Of a stretch of DNA of 64,000 bases, positions 41,201 through 56,200 are shown piece after piece. The position numbers and the translations under genes were made by a program. Positions within the stretch are counted from its first letter, which is position 1. Each line of letters begins with the position of its first letter. A model generated the notes under the pieces. That model did no database searches. It had not been told where the DNA came from and saw only the letters and a program-made list of their open reading frames with translations. Source of the DNA: Auanema rhodensis (Eukaryota > Animalia > Nematoda); contig CAXKVF010000075.1 in the NCBI GenBank assembly GCA_964057225.1, positions 62,001 to 126,000 on the forward strand, written 5' to 3'.

Positions 41201-44200
41201 AGTTCACGCAAATTTCAAAGTCATGGTTACCATGCACCAATATCAATAAAAATTTGTTTTTAGACTAATATGGACATGGGGAATCTAATTTTGAAAACCG
41301 CATCTCTTTATCTTTCACGTGAAGCGAGTTACATACCAAGTGCACATCACGTGTACATTTAATTAGCATAAATTAAAGTTCACGTAAATTTCAAAGTCAT
41401 GGTTACCATGAACCAATATCAATAAAAATTTGTTTTTAGACTAATATGGACATGGGGAATCTAATTTTGAAAACCGCATCTCTTTATCTTTCTCGTGAAG
41501 CGAGTTACATACCAAGTGCACATCACGTGTACATTTAATTAGCATAAATTAAAGTTCACGTAAATTTCAAAGTCATGGTTACCATGAACCAATATCAATA
41601 AAGATTTGTTTTTAGACTAATATGGACATGGGGAATCTAATTTTGAAAACCGTATCTCTTTATCTTTCACGTGAAGCGAGTTACATACCAAGTGCACATC
41701 ACGTGTACATTTAATTAGCATAAATTAAAGTTCACGTAAATTTCAAAGTCATGGTTACCATGCACCAATATCAATAAAAATTTGTTTTTAGACTAATATG
41801 GACATGGGGAATCTAATTTTGAAAACCGCATCTCGTTATCTTTCACGTGAAGCGAGTTACATACCAAGTGCACATCACGTGTACATTTAATTAGCATAAA
41901 TTAAAGTTCACGTAAATTTCAAAGTCATGGTTACCATGCACCAATATCAATAAAAATTTGTTTTTAGACTAATATGGACATGGGGAATCTAATTTTGAAA
42001 ACCGCATCTCTTTATCTTTCACGTGAAGCGAGTTACATACCAAATGCACATCACGTGTACATTTAATTAGCATAAATTAAAGTTCACGTAAATTTCAAAG
42101 TCATGGTTACCATGCACCAATATCAATAAAAATTTGTTTTTAGACTAATATGGACATGGGGAATCTAATTTTGAAAACCGCATCTCTTTATCTTTCACGT
42201 GAAGCGAGTTACATACCAAGTGCACATCACGTGTACATTTAATTAGCATAAATTAAAGTTCACGTAAATTTCAAAGTCATGGTTACCATGCACCAATATC
42301 AATAAAAATTTGTTTTTAGACTAATATGGACATGGGGAATCTAATTTCGAAAACCGCATCTCTTTATCTTTCACGTGAAGCGAGTTACATACCAAGTGCA
42401 CATCACGTGTACATTTAATTAGCATAAATTAAAGTTCACGTAAATTTCAAAGTCATGGTTACCATGAACCAATATCAATAAAAATTTGTTTTTAGACTAA
42501 TATGGACATGGGGAATCTAATTTTGAAAACCGCATCTCTTTATCTTTCACGTGAAGCGAGTTACATACCAAGTGCACATCACGTGTACATTTAATTAGCA
42601 TAAATTAAAGTTCACGCAAATTTCAAAGTCATGGTTACCATGCACCAATATCAATAAAAATTTGTTTTTAGACTAATATGGACATGGGGAATCTAATTTT
42701 GAAAACCGCATCTCTTTATCTTTCACGTGAAGCGAGTTACATACCAAGTGCACATCACGTGTACATTTAATTAGCATAAATTAAAGTTCACGTAAATTTC
42801 AAAGTCATGGTTACCATGAACCAATATCAATAAAAATTTGTTTTTAGACTAATATGGACATGGGGAATCTAATTTTGAAAACCGCATCTCTTTATCTTTC
42901 ACGTGAAGCGAGTTACATACCAAGTGCACATCACGTGTACATTTAATTAGCATAAATTAAAGTTCACGTAAATTTCAAAGTCATGGTTACCATGAACCAA
43001 TATCAATAAAAATTTGTTTTTAGACTAATATGGACATGGGGAATCTAATTTTGAAAACCGCATCTCTTTATCTTTCACGTGAAGCGAGTTACATACCAAG
43101 TGCACATCACGTGTACATTTAATTAGCATAAATTAAAGTTCACGTAAATTTCAAAGTCATGGTTACCATGCACCAATATCAATAAAAATTTGTTTTTAGA
43201 CTAATATGGACATGGGGAATCTAATTTTGAAAACCGCATCTCGTTATCTTTCACGTGAAGCGAGTTACATACCAAGTGCACATCACGTGTACATTTAATT
43301 AGCATAAATTAAAGTTCACGTAAATTTCAAAGTCATGGTTACCATGCACCAATATCAATAAAAATTTGTTTTTAGACTAATATGGACATGGGGAATCTAA
43401 TTTTGAAAACCGCATCTCTTTATCTTTCACGTGAAGCGAGTTACATACCAAGTGCACATCACGTGTACATTTAATTAGCATAAATTAAAGTTCACGTAAA
43501 TTTCAAAGTCATGGTTACCATGAACCAATATCAATAAAAATTTGTTTTTAGACTAATATGGACATGGGGAATCTAATTTTGAAAACCGCATCTCTTTATC
43601 TTTCACGTGAAGCGAGTTACATACCAAGTGCACATCACGTGTACATTTAATTAGCATAAATTAAAGTTCACGTAAATTTCAAAGTCATGGTTACCATGCA
43701 CCAATATCAATAAAAATTTGTTTTTAGACTAATATGGACATGGGGAATCTAATTTTGAAAACCGCATCTCGTTATCTTTCACGTGAAGCGAGTTACATAC
43801 CAAGTGCACATCACGTGTACATTTAATTAGCATAAATTAAAGTTCACGTAAATTTCAAAGTCATGGTTACCATGCACCAATATCAATAAAAATTTGTTTT
43901 TAGACTAATATGGACATGGGGAATCTAATTTTGAAAACCGCATCTCTTTATCTTTCACGTGAAGCGAGTTACATACCAAGTGCACATCACGTGTACATTT
44001 AATTAGCATAAATTAAAGTTCACGTAAATTTCAAAGTCATGGTTACCATGAACCAATATCAATAAAAATTTGTTTTTAGACTAATATGGACATGGGGAAT
44101 CTAATTTTGAAAACCGCATCTCTTTATCTTTCACGTGAAGCGAGTTACATACCAAGTGCACATCACGTGTACATTTAATTAGCATAAATTAAAGTTCACG

Positions 44201-47200
44201 TAAATTTCAAAGTCATGGTTACCATGCACCAATATCAATAAAAATTTGTTTTTAGACTAATATGGACATGGGGAATCTAATTTTGAAAACCACATCTCTT
44301 TATCTTTCACGTGAAGCGAGTTACATACCAAGTGCACATCACGTGTACATTTAATTAGCATAAATTAAAGTTCACGTAAATTTCAAAGTCATGGTTACCA
44401 TGCACCAATATCAATAAAAATTTGTTTTTAGACTAATATGGACATGGGGAATCTAATTTTGAAAACCACATCTCTTTATCTTTCACGTGAAGCGAGTTAC
44501 ATACCAAGTGCACATCACGTGTACATTTAATTAGCATAAATTAAAGTTCACGCAAATTTCAAAGTCATGGTTACCATGCACCAATATCAATAAAAATTTG
44601 TTTTTAGACTAATATGGACATGGGGAATCTAATTTTGAAAACCGCATCTCTTTATCTTTCACGTGAAGCGAGTTACATACCAAGTGCACATCACGTGTAC
44701 ATTTAATTAGCATAAATTAAAGTTCACGTAAATTTCAAAGTCATGGTTACCATGAACCAATATCAATAAAAATTTGTTTTTAGACTAATATGGACATGGG
44801 GAATCTAATTTTGAAAACCGCATCTCTTTATCTTTCACGTGAAGCGAGTTACATACCAAGTGCACATCACGTGTACATTTAATTAGCATAAATTAAAGTT
44901 CACGTAAATTTCAAAGTCATGGTTACCATGAACCAATATCAGTAAAAATTTGTTTTTAGACTAATATGGACATGGGGAATCTAATTTTGAAAACCGCATC
45001 TCTTTATCTTTCACGTGAAGCGAGTTACATACCAAGTGCACATCACGTGTACATTTAATTAGCATAAATTAAAGTTCACGTAAATTTCAAAGTCATGGTT
45101 ACCATGCACCAATATCAATAAAAATTTGTTTTTAGACTAATATGGACATGGGGAATCTAATTTTGAAAACCGCATCTCGTTATCTTTCACGTGAAGCGAG
45201 TTACATACCAAGTGCACATCACGTGTACATTTAATTAGCATAAATTAAAGTTCACGTAAATTTCAAAGTCATGGTTACCATGCACCAATATCAATAAAAA
45301 TTTGTTTTTAGACTAATATGGACATGGGGAATCTAATTTTGAAAACCGCATCTCTTTATCTTTCACGTGAAGCGAGTTACATACCAAGTGCACATCACGT
45401 GTACATTTAATTAGCATAAATTAAAGTTCACGTAAATTTCAAAGTCATGGTTACCATGCACCAATATCAATAAAAATTTGTTTTTAGACTAATATGGACA
45501 TGGGGAATCTAATTTTGAAAACCGCATCTCGTTATCTTTCACGTGAAGCGAGTTACATACCAAGTGCACATCACGTGTACATTTAATTAGCATAAATTAA
45601 AGTTCACGTAAATTTCAAAGTCATGGTTACCATGCACCAATATCAATAAAAATTTGTTTTTAGACTAATATGGACATGGGGAATCTAATTTTGAAAACCG
45701 CATCTCTTTATCTTTCACGTGAAGCGAGTTACATACCAAGTGCACATCACGTGTACATTTAATTAGCATAAATTAAAGTTCACGTAAATTTCAAAGTCAT
45801 GGTTACCATGAACCAATATCAATAAAAATTTGTTTTTAGACTAATATGGACATGGGGAATCTAATTTTGAAAACCGCATCTCTTTATCTTTCACGTGAAG
45901 CGAGTTACATACCAAGTGCACATCACGTGTACATTTAATTAGCATAAATTAAAGTTCACGTAAATTTCAAAGTCATGGTTACCATGCACCAATATCAATA
46001 AAAATTTGTTTTTAGACTAATATGGACATGGGGAATCTAATTTTGAAAACCGCATCTCGTTATCTTTCACGTGAAGCGAGTTACATACCAAGTGCACATC
46101 ACGTGTACATTTAATTAGCATAAATTAAAGTTCACGTAAATTTCAAAGTCATGGTTACCATGCACCAATATCAATAAAAATTTGTTTTTAGACTAATATG
46201 GACATGGGGAATCTAATTTTGAAAACCGCATCTCTTTATCTTTCACGTGAAGCGAGTTACATACCAAGTGCACATCACGTGTACATTTAATTAGCATAAA
46301 TTAAAGTTCACGTAAATTTCAAAGTCATGGTTACCATGAACCAATATCAATAAAAATTTGTTTTTAGACTAATATGGACATGGGGAATCTAATTTTGAAA
46401 ACCGCATCTCTTTATCTTTCACGTGAAGCGAGTTACATACCAAGTGCACATCACGTGTACATTTAATTAGCATAAATTAAAGTTCACGTAAATTTCAAAG
46501 TCATGGTTACCATGCACCAATATCAATAAAAATTTGTTTTTAGACTAATATGGACATGGGGAATCTAATTTTGAAAACCACATCTCTTTATCTTTCACGT
46601 GAAGCGAGTTACATACCAAGTGCACATCACGTGTACATTTAATTAGCATAAATTAAAGTTCACGTAAATTTCAAAGTCATGGTTACCATGAACCAATATC
46701 AATAAAAATTTGTTTTTAGACTAATATGGACATGGGGAATCTAATTTTGAAAACCGCATCTCTTTATCTTTCACGTGAAGCGAGTTACATACCAAGTGCA
46801 CATCACGTGTACATTTAATTAGCATAAATTAAAGTTCACGTAAATTTCAAAGTCATGGTTACCATGCACCAATATCAATAAAAATTTGTTTTTAGACTAA
46901 TATGGACATGGGGAATCTAATTTTGAAAACCGCATCTCTTTATCTTTCACGTGAAGCGAGTTACATACCAAGTGCACATCACGTGTACATTTAATTAGCA
47001 TAAATTAAAGTTCACGTAAATTTCAAAGTCATGGTTACCATGAACCAATATCAATAAAAATTTGTTTTTAGACTAATATGGACATGGGGAATCTAATTTT
47101 GAAAACCGCATCTCTTTATCTTTCACGTGAAGCGAGTTACATACCAAGTGCACATCACGTGTACATTTAATTAGCTTAAATTAAAGTTCACGTAAATTTC

Positions 47201-50200
47201 AAAGTCATGGTTACCATGCACCAATATCAATAAAAATTTGTTTTTAGACTAATATGGACATGGGGAATCTAATTTTGAAAACCGCATCTCTTTATCTTTC
47301 ACGTGAAGCGAGTTACATACCAAGTGCACATCACGTGTACATTTAATTAGCATAAATTAAAGTTCACGTAAATTTCAAAGTCATGGTTACCATGAACCAA
47401 TATCAATAAAAATTTGTTTTTAGACTAATATGGACATGGGGAATCTAATTTTGAAAACCGCATCTCTTTATCTTTCACGTGAAGCGAGTTACATACCAAG
47501 TGCACATCACGTGTACATTTAATTAGCATAAATTAAAGTTCACGTAAATTTCAAAGTCATGGTTACCATGAACCAATATCAATAAAAATTTGTTTTTAGA
47601 CTAATATGGACATGGGGAATCTAATTTTGAAAACCGCATCTCTTTATCTTTCACGTGAAGCGAGTTACATACCAAGTGCACATCACGTGTACATTTAATT
47701 AGCATAAATTAAAGTTCACGTAAATTTCAAAGTCATGGTTACCATGCACCAATATCAATAAAAATTTGTTTTTAGACTAATATGGACATGGGGAATCTAA
47801 TTTTGAAAACCGCATCTCGTTATCTTTCACGTGAAGCGAGTTACATACCAAGTGCACATCACGTGTACATTTAATTAGCATAAATTAAAGTTCACGTAAA
47901 TTTCAAAGTCATGGTTACCATGCACCAATATCAATAAAAATTTGTTTTTAGACTAATATGGACATGGGGAATCTAATTTTGAAAACCGCATCTCTTTATC
48001 TTTCACGTGAAGCGAGTTACATACCAAGTGCACATCACGTGTACATTTAATTAGCATAAATTAAAGTTCACGTAAATTTCAAAGTCATGGTTACCATGCA
48101 CCAATATCAATAAAAATTTGTTTTTAGACTAATATGGACATGGGGAATCTAATTTTGAAAACCGCATCTCTTTATCTTTCACGTGAAGCGAGTTACATAC
48201 CAAGTGCACATCACGTGTACATTTAATTAGCATAAATTAAAGTTCACGTAAATTTCAAAGTCATGGTTACCATGCACCAATATCAATAAAAATTTGTTTT
48301 TAGACTAATATGGACATGGGGAATCTAATTTTGAAAACCGCATCTCTTTATCTTTCACGTGAAGCGAGTTACATACCAAGTGCACATCACGTGTACATTT
48401 AATTAGCATAAATTAAAGTTCACGTAAATTTCAAAGTCATGGTTACCATGCACCAATATCAATAAAAATTTGTTTTTAGACTAATATGGACATGGGGAAT
48501 CTAATTTTGAAAACCGCATCTCTTTATCTTTCACGTGAAGCGAGTTACATACCAAGTGCACATCACGTGTACATTTAATTAGCTTAAATTAAAGTTCACG
48601 TAAATTTCAAAGTCATGGTTACCATGCACCAATATCAATAAAAATTTGTTTTTAGACTAATATGGACATGGGGAATCTAATTTTGAAAACCGCATCTCTT
48701 TATCTTTCACGTGAAGCGAGTTACATACCAAGTGCACATCACGTGTACATTTAATTAGCATAAATTAAAGTTCACGTAAATTTCAAAGTCATGGTTACCA
48801 TGAACCAATATCAATAAAAATTTGTTTTTAGACTAATATGGACATGGGGAATCTAATTTTGAAAACCGCATCTCTTTATCTTTCACGTGAAGCGAGTTAC
48901 ATACCAAGTGCACATCACGTGTACATTTAATTAGCATAAATTAAAGTTCACGTAAATTTCAAAGTCATGGTTACCATGAACCAATATCAATAAAAATTTG
49001 TTTTTAGACTAATATGGACATGGGGAATCTAATTTTGAAAACCGCATCTCTTTATCTTTCACGTGAAGCGAGTTACATACCAAGTGCACATCACGTGTAC
49101 ATTTAATTAGCTTAAATTAAAGTTCACGTAAATTTCAAAGTCATGGTTACCATGCACCAATATCAATAAAAATTTGTTTTTAGACTAATATGGACATGGG
49201 GAATCTAATTTTGAAAACCGCATCTCTTTATCTTTCACGTGAAGCGAGTTACATACCAAGTGCACATCACGTGTACATTTAATTAGCATAAATTAAAGTT
49301 CACGTAAATTTCAAAGTCATGGTTACCATGAACCAATATCAATAAAAATTTGTTTTTAGACTAATATGGACATGGGGAATCTAATTTTGAAAACCGCATC
49401 TCTTTATCTTTCACGTGAAGCGAGTTACATACCAAGTGCACATCACGTGTACATTTAATTAGCATAAATTAAAGTTCACGTAAATTTCAAAGTCATGGTT
49501 ACCATGAACCAATATCAATAAAAATTTGTTTTTAGACTAATATGGACATGGGGAATCTAATTTTGAAAACCGCATCTCTTTATCTTTCACGTGAAGCGAG
49601 TTACATACCAAGTGCACATCACGTGTACATTTAATTAGCATAAATTAAAGTTCACGTAAATTTCAAAGTCATGGTTACCATGCACCAATATCAATAAAAA
49701 TTTGTTTTTAGACTAATATGGACATGGGGAATCTAATTTTGAAAACCGCATCTCGTTATCTTTCACGTGAAGCGAGTTACATACCAAGTGCACATCACGT
49801 GTACATTTAATTAGCATAAATTAAAGTTCACGTAAATTTCAAAGTCATGGTTACCATGCACCAATATCAATAAAAATTTGTTTTTAGACTAATATGGACA
49901 TGGGGAATCTAATTTTGAAAACCGCATCTCTTTATCTTTCACGTGAAGCGAGTTACATACCAAGTGCACATCACGTGTACATTTAATTAGCATAAATTAA
50001 AGTTCACGTAAATTTCAAAGTCATGGTTACCATGCACCAATATCAATAAAAATTTGTTTTTAGACTAATATGGACATGGGGAATCTAATTTTGAAAACCG
50101 CATCTCTTTATCTTTCACGTGAAGCGAGTTACATACCAAGTGCACATCACGTGTACATTTAATTAGCATAAATTAAAGTTCACGTAAATTTCAAAGTCAT

Positions 50201-53200
50201 GGTTACCATGCACCAATATCAATAAAAATTTGTTTTTAGACTAATATGGACATGGGGAATCTAATTTTGAAAACCGCATCTCTTTATCTTTCACGTGAAG
50301 CGAGTTACATACCAAGTGCACATCACGTGTACATTTAATTAGCATAAATTAAAGTTCACGTAAATTTCAAAGTCATGGTTACCATGAACCAATATCAATA
50401 AAAATTTGTTTTTAGACTAATATGGACATGGGGAATCTAATTTTGAAAACCGCATCTCTTTATCTTTCACGTGAAGCGAGTTACATACCAAGTGCACATC
50501 ACGTGTACATTTAATTAGCATAAATTAAAGTTCACGTAAATTTCAAAGTCATGGTTACCATGAACCAATATCAATAAAAATTTGTTTTTAGACTAATATG
50601 GACATGGGGAATCTAATTTTGAAAACCGCATCTCTTTATCTTTCACGTGAAGCGAGTTACATACCAAGTGCCCATCACGTGTACATTTAATTAGCATAAA
50701 TTAAAGTTCACGTAAATTTCAAAGTCATGGTTACCATGCACCAATATCAATAAAAATTTGTTTTTAGACTAATATGGACATGGGGAATCTAATTTTGAAA
50801 ACCGCATCTCCTTATCTTTCACGTGAAGCGAGTTACATACCAAGTGCACATCACGTGTACATTTAATTAGCATAAATTAAAGTTCACGTAAATTTCAAAG
50901 TCATGGTTACCATGCACCAATATCAATAAAAATTTGTTTTTAGACTAATATGGACATGGGGAATCTAATTTTGAAAACCGCATCTCTTCATCTTTCACGT
51001 GAAGCGAGTTACATACCAAGTGCACATCACGTGTACATTTAATTAGCATAAATTAAAGTTCACGTAAATTTCAAAGTCATGGTTACCATGCACCAATATC
51101 AATAAAAATTTGTTTTTAGACTAATATGGACATGGGGAATCTAATTTTGAAAACCGCATCTCTTCATCTTTCACGTGAAGCGAGTTACATACCAAGTGCA
51201 CATCACGTGTACATTTAATTAGCATAAATTAAAGTTCACGTAAATTTCAAAGTCATGGTTACCATGCACCAATATCAATAAAAATTTGTTTTTAGACTAA
51301 TATGGACATGGGGAATCTAATTTTGAAAACCGCATCTCTTCATCTTTTACGTGAAGCGAGTTACATACCAAGTGCACATCACGTGTACATTTAATTAGCA
51401 TAAATTAAAGTTCACGTAAATTTCAAAGTCATGGTTACCATGCACCAATATCAATAAAAATTTGTTTTTAGACTAATATGGACATGGGGAATCTAATTTT
51501 GAAAACCGCATCTCTTCATCTTTCACGTGAAGCGAGTTACATACCAAGTGCACATCACGTGTACATTTAATTAGCATAAATTAAAGTTCACGTAAATTTC
51601 AAAGTCATGGTTACCATGCACCAATATCAATAAAAATTTGTTTTTAGACTAATATGGACATGGGGAATCTAATTTTGAAAACCGCATCTCTTTATCTTTC
51701 ACGTGAAGCGAGTTACATACCAAGTGCACATCACGTGTACATTTAATTAGCATAAATTAAAGTTCACGTAAATTTCAAAGTCATGGTTACCATGCACCAA
51801 TGTCAATAAAAATTTGTTTTAGACTAATATGGACATGGGGAATCTAATTTTGAAAACCGCATCTCTTCATCTTTCACGTGAAGCGAGTTACATACCAAGT
51901 GCACATCACGTGTACATTTAATTAGCATAAATTAAAGTTCACGTAAATTTCAAAGTCATGGTTACCATGCACCAATATCAATAAAAATTTGTTTTTAGAC
52001 TAATATGGACATGGGGAATCTAATTTTGAAAACCGCATCTCTTCATCTTTTACGTGAAGCGAGTTACATACCAAGTGCACATCACGTGTACATTTAATTA
52101 GCATAAATTAAAGTTCACGTAAATTTCAAAGTCATGGTTACCATGCACCAATATCAATAAAAATTTGTTTTTAGACTAATATGGACATGGGGAATCTAAT
52201 TTTGAAACCGCATCTCTTTATCTTTCACGTGAAGCGAGTTACATACCAAGTGCACATCACGTGTACATTTAATTAGCATAAATTAAAGTTCACGTAAATT
52301 TCAAAGTCATGGTTACCATGCACCAATGTCAATAAAAATTTGTTTTTAGACTAATATGGACATGGGGAATCTAATTTTGAAAACCGCATCTCTTCATCTT
52401 TCACGTGAAGCGAGTTACATACCAAGTGCACATCACGTGTACATTTAATTAGCATAAATTAAAGTTCACGTGAATTTCAAAGTCATGGTTACCATGCACC
52501 AATATCAATAAAAATTTGTTTTTAGACTAATATGGACATGGGGAATCTAATTTTGAGAACCGCATCTCTTCATCTTTCACGTGAAGCGAGTTACATACCA
52601 AGTGCACATCACGTGTACATTTAATTAGCATAAATTAAAGTTCACGTAAATTTCAAAGTCATGGTTACCATGCACCAATATCAATAAAAATTTGTTTTTA
52701 GACTAATATGGACATGAAGAATCTAATTTTGAAAACCGCATCTCTTTATCTTTCACGTGAAGCGAGTTACATACCAAGTGCACATCACGTGTACATTTAA
52801 TTAGCATAAATTAAAGTTCACGTAAATTTCAAAGTCATGGTTACCATGCACCAATATCAATAAAAATTTGTTTTTAGACTAATATGGAAATGGGGAATCT
52901 AATTTTGAAAACCGCATCTCTTCATCTTTCACGTGAAGCGAGTTACATACCAAGTGCACATCACGTGTACATTTAATTAGCATAAATTAAAGTTCACGTA
53001 AATTTCAAAGTCATGGTTACCATGCACCAATATCAATAAAAATTTGTTTTTAGACTAATATGGACATGGGGAATCTAATTTTGAAACCGCATCTCTTCAT
53101 CTTTCACGTGAAGCGAGTTACATACCAAGTGCACATCACGTGTACATTTAATTAGCATAAATTAAAGTTCACGTAAATTTCAAAGTCATGGTTACCATGC

Positions 53201-56200
53201 ACCAATATCAATAAAAATTTGTTTTTAGATTAATATGGACATGGGGAATCTAATTTTGAAAACCGCATCTCTTTATCTTTCACGTGAAGCGAGTTACATA
53301 CCAAGTGCACATCACGTGTACATTTAATTAGCATAAATTAAAGTTCACGTAAATTTCAAAGTCATGGTTACCATGCACCAATATCAATAAAAATTTGTTT
53401 TTAGACTAATATGGACATGGGGAATCTAATTTTGAAAACCGCATCTCTTTATCTTTCACGTGAAGCGAGTTACATACCAAGTGCACATCACGTGTATATT
53501 TAATTAGCATAAATTAAAGTTCACGTAAATTTCAAAGTCATGGTTACCATGAACCAATATCAATAAAAATTTGTTTTTAGACTAATATGGACATGGGGAA
53601 TCTAATTTTGAAAACCGCATCTCTTTATCTTTCACGTGAAGCGAGTTACATACCAAGTGCACATCACGTGTACATTTAATTAGCATAAATTAAAGTTCAC
53701 GTAAATTTCAAAGTCATGGTTACCATGCACCAATATCAATAAAAATTTGTTTTTAGACTAATATGGACATGGGGGAATCTAATTTTGAAAACCGCATCTC
53801 TTTATCTTTCACGTGAAGCGAGTTACATACCAAGTGCACATCACGTGTACATTTAATTAGCATAAATTAAAGTTCACGTAAATTTCAAAGTCATGGTTAC
53901 CATGCACCAATATCAATAAAAATTTGTTTTTAGACTAATATGGACATGGGGAATCTAATTTTGAAAACCGCATCTCTTCATCTTTCACGTGAAGCGAGTT
54001 ACATACCAAGTGCACATCACGTGTACATTTAATTAGCATAAATTAAAGTTCACGTAAATTTCAAAGTCATGGTTACCATGCACCAATATCAATAAAAATT
54101 TGTTTTTAGACTAATATGGACATGGGGAATCTAATTTTGAAAACCGCATCTCTTTATCTTTCACGTGAAGCGAGTTACATACCAAGTGCACATCACGTGT
54201 ACATTTAATTAGCATAAATTAAAGTTCACGTAAATTTCAAAGTCATGGTTACCATGCACCAATATCAATAAAAATTTGTTTTTAGACTAATATGGACATG
54301 GGGAATCTAATTTTGAAAACCGCATCTCTTTATCTTTCACGTGAAGCGAGTTACATACCAAGTGCACATCACGTGTACATTTAATTAGCATAAATTAAAG
54401 TTCACGTAAATTTCAAAGTCATGGTTACCATGAACCAATATCAATAAAAATTTGTTTTTAGACTAATATGGACATGGGGAATCTAATTTTGAAAACCGCA
54501 TCTCTTTATCTTTCACGTGAAGCGAGTTACATACCAAGTGCACATCACGTGTACATTTAATTAGCATAAATTAAAGTTCACGTAAATTTCAAAGTCATGG
54601 TTACCATGAACCAATATCAATAAAAATTTGTTTTTAGACTAATATGGACATGGGGAATCTAATTTTGAAAACCGCATCTCTTTATCTTTCACGTGAAGCG
54701 AGTTACATACCAAGTGCCCATCACGTGTACATTTAATTAGCATAAATTAAAGTTCACGTAAATTTCAAAGTCATGGTTACCATGCACCAATATCAATAAA
54801 AATTTGTTTTTAGACTAATATGGACATGGGGAATCTAATTTTGAAAACCGCATCTCCTTATCTTTCACGTGAAGCGAGTTACATACCAAGTGCACATCAC
54901 GTGTACATTTAATTAGCATAAATTAAAGTTCACGTAAATTTCAAAGTCATGGTTACCATGCACCAATATCAATAAAAATTTGTTTTTAGACTAATATGGA
55001 CATGGGGAATCTAATTTTGAAAACCGCATCTCTTTATCTTTCACGTGAAGCGAGTTACATACCAAGTGCACATCACGTGTATATTTAATTAGCATAAATT
55101 AAAGTTCACGTAAATTTCAAAGTCATGGTTACCATGCACCAATATCAATAAAAATTTGTTTTTAGACTAATATGGACATGGGGAATCTAATTTTGAAAAC
55201 CGCATCTCTTTATATTTCACGTGAAGCGAGTTACATACCAAGTGCACATCACGTGTACATTTAATTAGCATAAATTAAAGTTCACGTAAATTTCAAAGTC
55301 ATGGTTACCATGCACCAATATCAATAAAAATTTGTTTTTAGACTAATATGGACATGGGGAATCTAATTTTGAAAACCGCATCTCTTTATCTTTCACGTGA
55401 AGCGAGTTACATACCAAGTGCACATCACGTGTATATTTAATTAGCATAAATTAAAGTTCACGTAAATTTCAAAGTCATGGTTACCATGAACCAATATCAA
55501 TAAAAATTTGTTTTTAGACTAATATGGACATGGGGAATCTAATTTTGAAAACCGCATCTCCTTATCTTTCACGTGAAGCGAGTTACATACCAAGTGCACA
55601 TCACGTGTACATTTAATTAGCATAAATTAAAGTTCACGTAAATTTCAAAGTCATGGTTACCATGCACCAATATCAATAAAAATTTGTTTTTAGACTAATA
55701 TGGACATGGGGAATCTAATTTTGAAAACCGCATCTCTTTATATTTCACGTGAAGCGAGTTACATACCAAGTGCACATCACGTGTACATTTAATTAGCATA
55801 AATTAAAGTTCACGTAAATTTCAAAGTCATGGTTACCATGCACCAATATCAATAAAAATTTGTTTTTAGACTAATATGGACATGGGGAATCTAATTTTGA
55901 AAACCGCATCTCTTCATCTTTCACGTGAAGCGAGTTACATACCAAGTGCACATCACGTGTACATTTAATTAGCATAAATTAAAGTTCACGTAAATTTCAA
56001 AGTCATGGTTACCATGCACCAATATCAATAAAAATTTGTTTTTAGACTAATATGGACATGGGGAATCTAATTTTGAAAACCGCATCTCTTTATCTTTCAC
56101 GTGAAGCGAGTTACATACCAAGTGCACATCACGTGTATATTTAATTAGCATAAATTAAAGTTCACGTAAATTTCAAAGTCATGGTTACCATGAACCAATA

